DNA of 30,838 bases from IMG/VR virus record IMGVR_UViG_2917413769_000005. One strand, given 5' to 3'. The stretch is from a virus (taxonomy: Duplodnaviria > Heunggongvirae > Uroviricota > Caudoviricetes). A program made the position numbers and the translations under genes. Shown here piece after piece: positions 18,035 to 26,297 of this stretch (positions are counted from its first letter, which is position 1; each line of letters starts with the position of its first letter). The notes under the pieces are model-generated. The model was given only the letters and a program-made list of their open reading frames with translations, had not been told where the DNA came from and ran no database searches.

Positions 18035-18062
18035 GGTTTTGTTGTCGGAGGAGGGCCAGACC
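18035..18062. promoter_or_regulatory. second copy of the GGTTTTGTTGTC-N9-CCAGACC motif in the divergent O/P late promoter region
   Basis: Identical spacing to the copy at 1988-2016; lies about 70-80 bp upstream of the minus-strand O start, as the first copy does for D. Confidence 0.4.
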
Positions 18063-18126
18063 ATAAAGGGGGCGATAGCGGGATCGCGCGCGGGGTAATC
18101 TTCACTCCATAAACGGTGGAGGGCAG

Positions 18127-19857
18127 ATGATACAGGACGCTTTTGTACGTCAGAGGGCAAAACAACTTTACTGGCAGGGCTACCCGCCAGCGGAGATCGC
18201 ACGCCTGATGGGGATTAATCAGAACACAATTTACGCCTGGAAGAAACGCGATGAATGGGATGAAACGCCACCCGTCCAGCGCGTCAGCCAGTCTATGGAT
18301 GCCCGCCTCATCCAGCTTACGGACAAAAAAGACAAGACCGGGGGAGATTTCAAGGAGATTGACCTGCTGACCCGGCAACTGAAAAAGCTGTCTGACGGAC
18401 AACCGGCAGGGGCTGGCACGGGCAAAAAGCCGCGCAAGCGCAAGCTGAAAAATCACTTCACCGAAGAACAGATCGTCGCGCTGCGGGAGAAAATACTTGA
18501 TTCGCTTTCGTGGCATCAACGCGGATGGTATGAGCAACGCCACCACCGAAACCGCATGATACTGAAGTCCCGCCAGATTGGCGCAACCTGGTACTTTGCA
18601 CGCGAGGCGTTGCTTGATGCGCTGCGCGACGATGTGAAATACCCGTACCAGCGCAACCAGATATTTTTGTCTGCATCCCGCCGACAGGCGCACCAGTTCA
18701 GGGGATTCATTCAGAAGATGGCGGAAGAGGTGGACGTTGAGCTTAAGGGCGGTGACAAAATCGTACTGAGTAACGGCGCAGAACTGCATTTCCTCGGCAC
18801 GTCCGCTGCAACGGCGCAGTCATATACGGGCAACCTGAAGTTTGACGAATTCTTCTGGGTCAGCAACTTCACCAACCTGCGAAAGGTTGCGGGGGCGATG
18901 GCAACGCTGAAGGGGCTGACACGTACTTACTTTTCCACACCGTCAGGCGAGACCCATGAGGCTTACCCGTTCTGGACGGGCGATCGCTGGAATGAGAAAC
19001 GCCCGAAGGCACAGCGCAAAGCGTTTGATGTGGGCTGGAAAACGCTGAACAGCGGCCTGCTATGCCCGGATAAAACCTGGCGTCAGATTGTCACCCTGAA
19101 GGATGTGATAGACCACGGCTGGGAGTATACCGATCTTGAAGAAATTCAGGATGAAAACAGTGAGGATGAATTCCGCAACCTGTACATGTGCGAGTTCGTG
19201 CGCGATGGCGAGTCAGCCTTCAACCTTAACGCCCTGATTGGCTGCGGGGCAGATGGTTACGACGAATGGCCGGACTGGAAACCTTTTGCGTCCAGGCCGA
19301 TGGGTAACCGCCCGGTGTGGATAGGTTATGACGCCAACGGCAGCAGCGGCAACGGTGACAGCGGCGCGATTTGCGTTGTGGTGCCGCCACTGGTGCCGGG
19401 CGGTAAATTCCGCACGGTGGAAACGGAACAGGTGCGCGGCCTTGAATTTGAAGAGCAGGCGAAAGTTATCGAAAACTTCACCTTCAAATACAACGTGCAG
19501 CATGTCGGCATCGACGTGACGGGCGGTAACGGTGAGGCCGTTTACCAGATAGTGAAGAAGTTCTTCCCGATGGCAATGCCCTACACCATGTCAATGACGT
19601 CAAAGCGCGCCCTGGTGCTGAAAATGCTACAGCTGATCCGCGCCGGTCGCTGGGAATATGATCGCAGTGAGCGCGCCCTGATCAACGCCTTTAACTCTGT
19701 TCGCAAGGTAAAGACGCCTGGCGGATTCATCACCTATGACACTGACCGCTCGCGCGGCGTCAGCCACGGTGATTTAGCCTGGGCGAATATGCTCGCCATT
19801 ATTAACGAACCGCTGGGCCAGGAGAGTGGCAGCGGCGGGTTTGCTATGGAGTTCTGA
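18127..19857 (+). CDS. P: terminase ATPase (large) subunit P
   Basis: 576 aa P2 gpP-like; RBS GGAGGG; stop overlaps the Q start (TGATG). Confidence 0.9.
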   Translation: MIQDAFVRQRAKQLYWQGYPPAEIARLMGINQNTIYAWKKRDEWDETPPVQRVSQSMDARLIQLTDKKDKTGGDFKEIDLLTRQLKKLSDGQPAGAGTGKKPRKRKLKNHFTEEQIVALREKILDSLSWHQRGWYEQRHHRNRMILKSRQIGATWYFAREALLDALRDDVKYPYQRNQIFLSASRRQAHQFRGFIQKMAEEVDVELKGGDKIVLSNGAELHFLGTSAATAQSYTGNLKFDEFFWVSNFTNLRKVAGAMATLKGLTRTYFSTPSGETHEAYPFWTGDRWNEKRPKAQRKAFDVGWKTLNSGLLCPDKTWRQIVTLKDVIDHGWEYTDLEEIQDENSEDEFRNLYMCEFVRDGESAFNLNALIGCGADGYDEWPDWKPFASRPMGNRPVWIGYDANGSSGNGDSGAICVVVPPLVPGGKFRTVETEQVRGLEFEEQAKVIENFTFKYNVQHVGIDVTGGNGEAVYQIVKKFFPMAMPYTMSMTSKRALVLKMLQLIRAGRWEYDRSERALINAFNSVRKVKTPGGFITYDTDRSRGVSHGDLAWANMLAIINEPLGQESGSGGFAMEF

Positions 19858-20915
19858 TGAAGAAGCGCACCTACAAAAACAAACACACCGCCAGCAGTGG
19901 CAGTGCCGGACAGCCTGATATCTCTGACGCGCTCAGAAGCGATCCGGCGCTCAGCGCCTTCACGTTTGACGGGCCATATTCGGTAACAGACGGCTATGAT
20001 CTGCTGGACAGCATGTGCTGCGTCGATAACGGCCGGTACTACGAGACGCCAATAGACTGGAAGGGGTTAACCCGTGCGTTCGCACAGTCCCCACTGCATC
20101 AGTCGGCGCTTTACTTCAAACGCAATGTGCTGACCGGGTGCTATATCCCTCATCCGTTACTCTCGCGGCAGGCCTTCTCTGCGTTTGCGCTGGACTGGTT
20201 TGTCTTCGGCAATGCCTATCTTGAGCGTCGGTCTAATCGCCTGGGAGAGCCGCTAAAACTTAAGCATGTTCCGGCGCTGAACACGCGACGGGGAAGCGAT
20301 CTTGATACCTACTGGTTTATCCGGCAGTGGAAAGATGAATATGAGTTCAAGGCGGGCGAGGTCTGCCACATCATGAACCCGGACATTCATCAGGAAATCT
20401 ACGGTATGCCGGAATACATGGGGGCGCTTCTGTCCGCCAGCCTGTCACATTCCGCCGATAAATTCCGCAAACTCTATTACGACAACGGCTCCCATGCCGG
20501 ATGCATTCTCTATGTCGGTTCGGAGAAGGTGGATCAGGAAAGCATAAAGGTGGTGCAAAAAACGCTGTCACAGGCCAGAGGGAAAGGCTCCTTCAAAAAC
20601 GTGCTGATCCACGCGCCGGGTGGCGGCAAAGACGGCGTGCAACTGTTGCCGTTCAGCCAGATATCGGCAAAGGATGAGTTTCTTAACATCAAATCAGCAA
20701 CGCGCAACGATTTGCGCGACGCTCACCGCATCCCGCCGCAACTGATGGGCGCAATGCCGGAAGGCAACGGATCGCTCGGTGATGTTGAGAAGGCTGCGCG
20801 TGTCTTCGCCATCAACGAAATGTTGCCCGTGATGGAAGCAATGAAGGGCGTCAATGACTGGCTCGGTCAGGAAGTGATCCGCTTTAATCCCTACGCTCTA
20901 CTCAAAGACGAGTGA
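19857..20915 (+). CDS. Q: portal protein Q
   Basis: 352 aa P2 gpQ-like portal. Confidence 0.9.
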   Translation: MKKRTYKNKHTASSGSAGQPDISDALRSDPALSAFTFDGPYSVTDGYDLLDSMCCVDNGRYYETPIDWKGLTRAFAQSPLHQSALYFKRNVLTGCYIPHPLLSRQAFSAFALDWFVFGNAYLERRSNRLGEPLKLKHVPALNTRRGSDLDTYWFIRQWKDEYEFKAGEVCHIMNPDIHQEIYGMPEYMGALLSASLSHSADKFRKLYYDNGSHAGCILYVGSEKVDQESIKVVQKTLSQARGKGSFKNVLIHAPGGGKDGVQLLPFSQISAKDEFLNIKSATRNDLRDAHRIPPQLMGAMPEGNGSLGDVEKAARVFAINEMLPVMEAMKGVNDWLGQEVIRFNPYALLKDE

Positions 20916-20925
20916 CCCGCCCCAC

Positions 20926-20960
20926 CCGCCGCACATCCTGCGGCGGTTCTCCTTCAGTTA
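20926..20960 (+). terminator. rho-independent terminator after Q
   Basis: Perfect hairpin CCGCCGCA-CATCC-TGCGGCGG at 20926-20946 followed by T-rich TTCTCCTTCAGTTATTTTC. Confidence 0.6.
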
Positions 20961-21282
20961 TTTTCAATTCCCGTATGACCGGCCACCACCTGAGCACCAC
21001 TCAGCACAACCTTAACCCCCCTCACTCAGAGCGCATTAGCGCCACTCTGGCAGGCGCAATCTGCATTTTACCCCGAACACATCCAGAAGTGAGAAAAACG
21101 CGCGGAGAAGGCGAAAAAGGCCGGAGAATGGCAATTAAAGGCATCACCTCCCGACCCTCCGTCGCGTGGGCTGTTCCCCCGTCACCTGCGCGCGACATTT
21201 GCTTCGTTTTTTGTGCATTTCCCGATCTGGGGGCAGACCGCGCCACCACAGGGCGGAAAGGTCATAAACAGCATCAAAAAAA

Positions 21283-21309
21283 TTGTGCAAATTTGTGCAC
21301 TATTGTGCG
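21283..21309. repeat. three TTGTGC(A/G) direct repeats at 10-bp phasing (plus a fourth TTGTGCA at 21211), inside the probable cos/packaging region
   Basis: TTGTGCA at 21283 and 21293, TTGTGCG at 21303; non-coding stretch between the convergent ends of Q and doc. Confidence 0.4.
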
Positions 21310-21366
21310 ACAGAGAAAGAAGGCCCGGAGGGAAGAAAAGCCGCCTTTAAAAGACAGCTTCTCATG

Positions 21367-21750
21367 TCAGTGGGGATTGATGGATAGTCGGCGCAAAACA
21401 GCAGCAACATCGCCACTGCTTAATGAACCCGTCGCTGCGGATACGGTCAGTTCTTCCAGTTCATTACCTTCATCACGGATATCAATACCATTGCGCTTTA
21501 AAAAAGCCATCGCAACGAAAAAGGCGGTTCGCTTATTGCCGTCATTGAAGATATGACCACGCGAAATGGCGACGAGATACATCGCAGCGAGTTCGTGAAT
21601 ATCCTCAACGCCTTCATAGTAAAGCTGGTTCTGAACACGATAAATGATCGCCTCTGCTCTTCCCGGTTCTGGCATCCCCTGAACGCCGGGCAAAGCTGCA
21701 AGCAGACGATCATGAAACGCTATCACCTCCTGAGCGCTGATCCATTTCAT
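21367..21750 (-). CDS. doc: Doc toxin (Fic-fold)
   Basis: Strong resemblance to P1 Doc including HIFNDGNKRTA Fic-type motif and PGRAEAIIYRVQ; ATG overlaps the phd stop. Confidence 0.85.
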   Translation of the reverse strand: MKWISAQEVIAFHDRLLAALPGVQGMPEPGRAEAIIYRVQNQLYYEGVEDIHELAAMYLVAISRGHIFNDGNKRTAFFVAMAFLKRNGIDIRDEGNELEELTVSAATGSLSSGDVAAVLRRLSINPH

Positions 21751-21968
21751 CTGTCAGCCAGCGCCTTAATGGTACGACCGTGTCGCCCCATAATTTCAGC
21801 AAATTCAGCATCCAGTTTTGCTTCCTGCCACGCATTGAAATCATCCCGGCTGATAAGCACAGCGGCAGAGCCATCGCGGCGGGTAATTTCTACAGGCTCG
21901 CCAGCCGTAGCCGCCTCCATTACCTCAGCAATATTTTGCCGGGCCTGAGATGTGGTATAGGTTCGCAT
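21747..21968 (-). CDS. phd: Phd/YefM-family antitoxin
   Basis: MRTYTTSQARQNIAEVMEAATAGEPVEITRRDGSAAVLIS...AKLDAEFAEI resembles P1 Phd; strong RBS AAGGAGGT 5 nt before ATG 21968. Confidence 0.8.
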   Translation of the reverse strand: MRTYTTSQARQNIAEVMEAATAGEPVEITRRDGSAAVLISRDDFNAWQEAKLDAEFAEIMGRHGRTIKALADR

Positions 21969-21978
21969 ATAACCTCCT

Positions 21979-22005
21979 TTGATGTACATATTAAATGTAC
22001 ATCAA
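21979..22005. promoter_or_regulatory. putative phd-doc operator
   Basis: Perfect inverted repeat TTGATGTACAT-ATTAA-ATGTACATCAA immediately upstream of the phd RBS; another GTACA follows at about 22011. Confidence 0.5.
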
Positions 22006-22195
22006 AAACGTACAACAAGCAACGCTATCACCTGAGCCAGACCTATTTGCATTAAGCGCCACGTTGTGGCGCTAGCGGACTCTTTGCCGCCCGCGCCCGC
22101 AGAATCGTTATAACCTGCGCAACAAGTTGCGAAGGCTATAACGATTGCCATTTGATTCTTTTCCAGTGGTCTTACACACCTGAGATAAACCCATC

Positions 22196-22705
22196 TCAGA
22201 AAACTGGATTAATTTTGCGGTGGTAGAGCACTTCCCACAGAAGCGATATCAACTCTTCCTGCCTGATATCCACGGCTTCACTGGCGTCATATTTAGCCAT
22301 CAGCTCATTGATTCGCTCAACAGACAATGGCCCTGCGGAATTTACCGCTGATCGGGAAGATGGGAGACAGCTTTCTTCAGGCGGATGCTCTTCACGCCAT
22401 TTCTTTGCCGCCCTCTCATTCATCAACTGCCATTCGGGATATCGGTTAAATAGCTCACGCTCGGTACTGGTTCGCGCATCATGGCCTTCATCTGCCAGCC
22501 GCGCTGGTTCTGGCTCGCAGCTTTCAGACAAAGCAATATCGTCGGGAGCGTCAAACGGTTTTAACCCCTTGCAGGTGCAGCAAATGCGATCATTAAAATA
22601 ATACTTTTCCTTGTAGTGCAGCTCGTTACCACACTTACGGCATCGCTTAATTTTGTTACTGATGAAATCAATTACTTCCTGCTCTCGCTGTTCTTCGTCA
22701 AACAT
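22196..22705 (-). CDS. hypothetical zinc-ribbon protein
   Basis: Cys cluster CRKCGNELHYKEKYYFNDRICCTCKG; sits where P2 has orf91; 5' end overlaps the 3' end of A; start uncertain (22705 or 22747). Confidence 0.5.
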   Translation of the reverse strand: MFDEEQREQEVIDFISNKIKRCRKCGNELHYKEKYYFNDRICCTCKGLKPFDAPDDIALSESCEPEPARLADEGHDARTSTERELFNRYPEWQLMNERAAKKWREEHPPEESCLPSSRSAVNSAGPLSVERINELMAKYDASEAVDIRQEELISLLWEVLYHRKINPVF

Positions 22706-25281
22706 ACGCGCTGCCCCTGATTCCTGGTGCCAAACAACCTGTCCCACGCAGCCGGATCAGCTTTTTTCAACATTTCCGCATAGCTGCCAACGGGATCATG
22801 CCTGATATCTCTGCTGTCAACATTATGACTTAGCTTCATATGCTGCCACAAATCGGCAGTCTTACGGTCAGCTCCGTTATCTTTTCTGCGCCTCAGCTCT
22901 CCGCTGCTGGTTGCGGAGACAATAAAGCCATCAATTCGCAAACGCTCACCGCGTAGCAATAACGTTAACTGACCTGTGCTCAGTTCTATGCCTATAGATT
23001 TGGCAAAATCATCCAGTGCCGCAATGCGATCGACTGATACAGGAACTGGCCCGGTAACAGCAGGCATATCCCTTTCCTGCTGCCTCAATTCCTGAGCAAC
23101 TTTTAGATAGCTCTCGGCCCTGGCCTGCTCAATATCATCACAATCTGATGCCGTAATGGCATTAGCCAGCGCCTCAAACTCATCAGCAGGTGATTTTTGC
23201 CGTTCCGGTTTGTAGTTTCTGATGCTTTCGTTGAGCCTTTTTTTCTGCTCGTGGGTCATTTGACCAATTTCATACTGTTCAGGCTCAACTGGTGGCGAAT
23301 TTTCACCCTCTGAATTTGTATGTTTTTTGACCTCAGTACAGTTATTGACACGAGTCCTAGAGGGCGCGGACGCGCCCCGAAGGTCAAAATCAAAGTCAAC
23401 GGCCTGCCCGGAGTCGTCTAAAACTTCCGGTTTCTTACGCACAATGCGGTAGGTATGCAGGCGGGTTTCAATTGGTGGGATGTGAACGGCCGGCATCATC
23501 AGACCTTTGATAAGATCCAGATACTCGCCGTAATCATTTGGTTCGTCTTTCTGCTGGTACCAAATGCGCAACGGCAGATCACGGCGGGCAACCAACGCCC
23601 CGCCTTGCAATTGGGTGTATTGCTGCCAGTCGCCAGCATCCGCAGCACGGTGCAGCTCAGCAAATAGCGGGTTTATCTTGTCGGCCTGTTCCTGATTGCG
23701 GAACCGGCGCAGCTCACGCCAGACAGATACCGGCGCGCCGCCCAGAAACTGAAACTGACGGATGCCCCAGCAAGATGCCCAGGCGGTTGCATGTTTTGAA
23801 GTTTCTTTCAGCGGCCTGCCGCTCTCGTCGTCGGTTTCACCGTCGAGCGCGTAGCCGTCAATATTCTTACTGATGTACTTCACCACATAGCCGGTGGCGC
23901 TGCCGATTTCATGATCGATCGGCTTCATATCAAAACGCGGTTGGTTGCCGTGTTTGCCCTGCAACTCTTCCGCATCCTCGCGGGTTGCGTAGTCTTCCAT
24001 CACTTCCAGCAGCTCGGCAGAATGTTCCGGCAGGGAGAACAGCAGGCCGTGCCAGTGCGGCGTACCATCGTGATGAGACTCAGCCACCCGCAAACCAAAA
24101 ACAGGGATTTCACGGCGGGCCAGCTCAGCGCGGATCTGTTGCCATACCCGGTTAAGATAACGCTGCGTGGCTCTTGGGCTGGCACCGTTCCATTTGGCAT
24201 TACGATGACCGAATACGGTATATGCGTGGTATTTGGATGGCGCTGTCAGGGTAAAAAACTGTCCCGCGTATCCGCTTTCGGTGGCGACTTTCTCAAAACC
24301 ACCAATGCGGGTCATGAGTTCAACGCGGCGTAATGCTGGATTAGAAATGCTCTTATCGATCTGCTCAATAAGCGAAATACGCTCTTTGGTGTCCTGGTCT
24401 TCCAGCTCAAGGCGAGCCATGATCGCGCGGCTGCGTTTGCGCCTGGCATCCCACTCATCAACGTGGTGCTTACTGCAATAAGGCGCAGCGCCCCGCTTCA
24501 CATCACCAAAGGCGATATGCAGGTGCTCACGCCAGCGCGCCGCGTACTTTTTCAGGTTACGATGCCAATAGCGATCATCCAGCATCTTACTGATGCCAGT
24601 AGTAGCCTCATCAATAAACAGCGTTCCCCGGCAATACTTTGCCCAGCTCGGAGGCGTCAGGAAGAAAAGCCGCGCGAGGATAGCCGCTTCGGTGTAAAGG
24701 TATCCGGCATATTTGCGATCACTCTGAGTCTCTACCGTTTCGTGAACTTCGCTCAGCACAGACCGCATATAGATAGCAATATCCTGCGCCAGCAGCTCAA
24801 CATCTTCCGGCGTGAAATCCGGCAGGCGGTTAAAGCGCTCAACCAATCCGTGAAGAGTGTGAAACGTGTGGTAAAGCGGGTTTACCCCTTTGAATGCTGT
24901 ATCAGCCTGAGATTTAGCCTCATCGGTCACCGCAATAGCGTATTGCTCATTCACCATGTTGATGGGCGGGAGATCCCTGCGAATAATATCGCGTAGCGCC
25001 AGACGGGCGATGTGCCTGCCCTTCATGGTGTGAATGCTGTCAATACGGGAAGCCAGACGCAGGCGAATAAAGCGAGGTAGCGGCGCAAGGGTAACTTTCA
25101 CCCACGCCAAAAACTCCTGTTCTTGACCCAGCTCGACTAGATCAACAACGGGAGTCTTATCAACACAAATGGCAGCTTTCGGCTTCTGCCATTCGTAAGC
25201 GTACCGGGTGGCGTCTGGTGCGCTACCCGGATACGGAGGGGGCGGCGTTGGAGCGCCACGCCCACTGGCTGCGGTGGTCAT
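22672..25281 (-). CDS. A: replication initiation endonuclease A (rolling-circle HUH type)
   Basis: 869 aa; HUH-like motif ESHHDGTPHWHGLLF and Tyr region GYVVKYISKNIDGY as in P2 gpA; position upstream of the cos-proximal accessory slot. Confidence 0.85.
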   Translation of the reverse strand: MTTAASGRGAPTPPPPYPGSAPDATRYAYEWQKPKAAICVDKTPVVDLVELGQEQEFLAWVKVTLAPLPRFIRLRLASRIDSIHTMKGRHIARLALRDIIRRDLPPINMVNEQYAIAVTDEAKSQADTAFKGVNPLYHTFHTLHGLVERFNRLPDFTPEDVELLAQDIAIYMRSVLSEVHETVETQSDRKYAGYLYTEAAILARLFFLTPPSWAKYCRGTLFIDEATTGISKMLDDRYWHRNLKKYAARWREHLHIAFGDVKRGAAPYCSKHHVDEWDARRKRSRAIMARLELEDQDTKERISLIEQIDKSISNPALRRVELMTRIGGFEKVATESGYAGQFFTLTAPSKYHAYTVFGHRNAKWNGASPRATQRYLNRVWQQIRAELARREIPVFGLRVAESHHDGTPHWHGLLFSLPEHSAELLEVMEDYATREDAEELQGKHGNQPRFDMKPIDHEIGSATGYVVKYISKNIDGYALDGETDDESGRPLKETSKHATAWASCWGIRQFQFLGGAPVSVWRELRRFRNQEQADKINPLFAELHRAADAGDWQQYTQLQGGALVARRDLPLRIWYQQKDEPNDYGEYLDLIKGLMMPAVHIPPIETRLHTYRIVRKKPEVLDDSGQAVDFDFDLRGASAPSRTRVNNCTEVKKHTNSEGENSPPVEPEQYEIGQMTHEQKKRLNESIRNYKPERQKSPADEFEALANAITASDCDDIEQARAESYLKVAQELRQQERDMPAVTGPVPVSVDRIAALDDFAKSIGIELSTGQLTLLLRGERLRIDGFIVSATSSGELRRRKDNGADRKTADLWQHMKLSHNVDSRDIRHDPVGSYAEMLKKADPAAWDRLFGTRNQGQRVCLTKNSESRK

Positions 25282-26297
25282 TTCACCGCATCCATGTAAG
25301 CACTTATGAAGGTTGCTGCGACTTCCGCGCAGATGGCATTTCCGTAGGCGCGCAACTGGCCCACTCTTCCGGCAACCCCATTAACCAGCGGCTTAAGTCC
25401 TGGTTTAACTGGCCTCCACTTTCCATCATGGCAGAAGAGCCAGTCAGCATCTTGCCAGAAGCCGTTAACCTGATGGGGCCAATCATTTTTGATTGCTGGG
25501 TCAGACTGCTGCCCGTCATCGCCGGAGTGATCCCCCTCCCGCCCCTGGTTCCGTCCGATGCACTCGGAGTTGTCCAACCGGATAACTGTGCTGTCACATC
25601 CAGCCGATCCGTTGACAGCTTCCCGTTGCGAATCCTCCCTCCCTGATACCCCCCTTTCCCATCCGTTGCTGTTGGAGTATTCCACCCCGCTAGGCAGGCA
25701 AAATCTTGCAGATTCGACTGCCTGCCCGCCATCATTCTGGCTATAACTTTCAATGGATCCTGATACGCGTTTTTGACGTTGCTCGCGTTCGGAGTGGGCC
25801 ACCCAGAAGAGGCGCTGTCTTATATGCGGGGCACCGAAGCCCGCAGCGCAAAGATCGAGAGCTGTTGCGGCGTAGCCCGTTCCTTCCAAGTCAGTCTGTA
25901 CAATGTCGAACCAACCGAGGCCGTCCTTGCTTGCAACCTGCTCACCAAAGACAGTCTCAGGGCGGCACTGCTCAATGAGATAGTGGAAATGGGGCCAAAG
26001 GTGCCGCTCGTCAGTAACCCCTGCTCTTTTGCCTGACTGGCTGAAAGGTTGGCACGGGCAAGAGCCTGTCCAGATAGGGCGATCGTCCGCCCATCCAGCC
26101 CGGCGCAGGGCGTAAGACCAGACGCCGATCCCTGCAAAGAAATGGCATTGAGTGAATCCGTTAAGGTCATTTGGTGTTACTTCCTCAATAGAACGGGTGT
26201 CAACAACGCCCGGCGCTATGTGCCCAGCGTCAATAAGATTGCGCAGCCATTGAGCCGCAAAGGGATCGATCTCGTTGTAATAAGCCGTCACAATCAC
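25278..26297 (-). CDS. C5-cytosine DNA methyltransferase (frame integrity uncertain)
   Basis: Frame A carries FFAGIGVW (motif I-like), GSCPCQPFS (PCQ), FGEQV (ENV-like), APHIRQRLFWV (motif VIII-like) and C-terminal LRAYGNAICAEVA (motif X-like); GTG start overlaps the Dam stop; middle part is low complexity. Confidence 0.6.
   Translation of the reverse strand: MIVTAYYNEIDPFAAQWLRNLIDAGHIAPGVVDTRSIEEVTPNDLNGFTQCHFFAGIGVWSYALRRAGWADDRPIWTGSCPCQPFSQSGKRAGVTDERHLWPHFHYLIEQCRPETVFGEQVASKDGLGWFDIVQTDLEGTGYAATALDLCAAGFGAPHIRQRLFWVAHSEREQRQKRVSGSIESYSQNDGGQAVESARFCLPSGVEYSNSNGWERGVSGREDSQREAVNGSAGCDSTVIRLDNSECIGRNQGREGDHSGDDGQQSDPAIKNDWPHQVNGFWQDADWLFCHDGKWRPVKPGLKPLVNGVAGRVGQLRAYGNAICAEVAATFISAYMDAVK
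25307..25819 (-). other. alternate-frame open segment inside the C5 methyltransferase gene, with G-W-x-T-P-x-A-x-D repeats and a motif IX-like RWLMGLPEEW
   Basis: Frame open from the TAA at 25820-25822 to the stop at 25304-25306; three repeats (GWPTPNASN, GWNTPTATD, GWTTPSASD) differ mainly at this frame's synonymous positions. Confidence 0.4.

Noticed and set aside
18028-18789. 253-aa minus-strand ORF overlapping the start of terminase P
   Set aside because: Antisense to a strongly supported terminase gene and running through the O/P promoter region.
798-20915. Interpretation as a tailocin or type VI secretion-like cluster rather than a phage
   Set aside because: Capsid, scaffold, terminase, portal, integrase, repressor and replication genes are all present, so this is a full prophage.
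20912-21556. 214-aa plus-strand ORF spanning the putative cos region and running antisense into doc
   Set aside because: Low-complexity translation, no RBS, crosses the Q terminator hairpin and overlaps doc on the opposite strand.
24463-24996. 177-aa plus-strand ORF inside replication gene A
   Set aside because: Antisense to A, whose frame contains the HUH and Tyr motifs.
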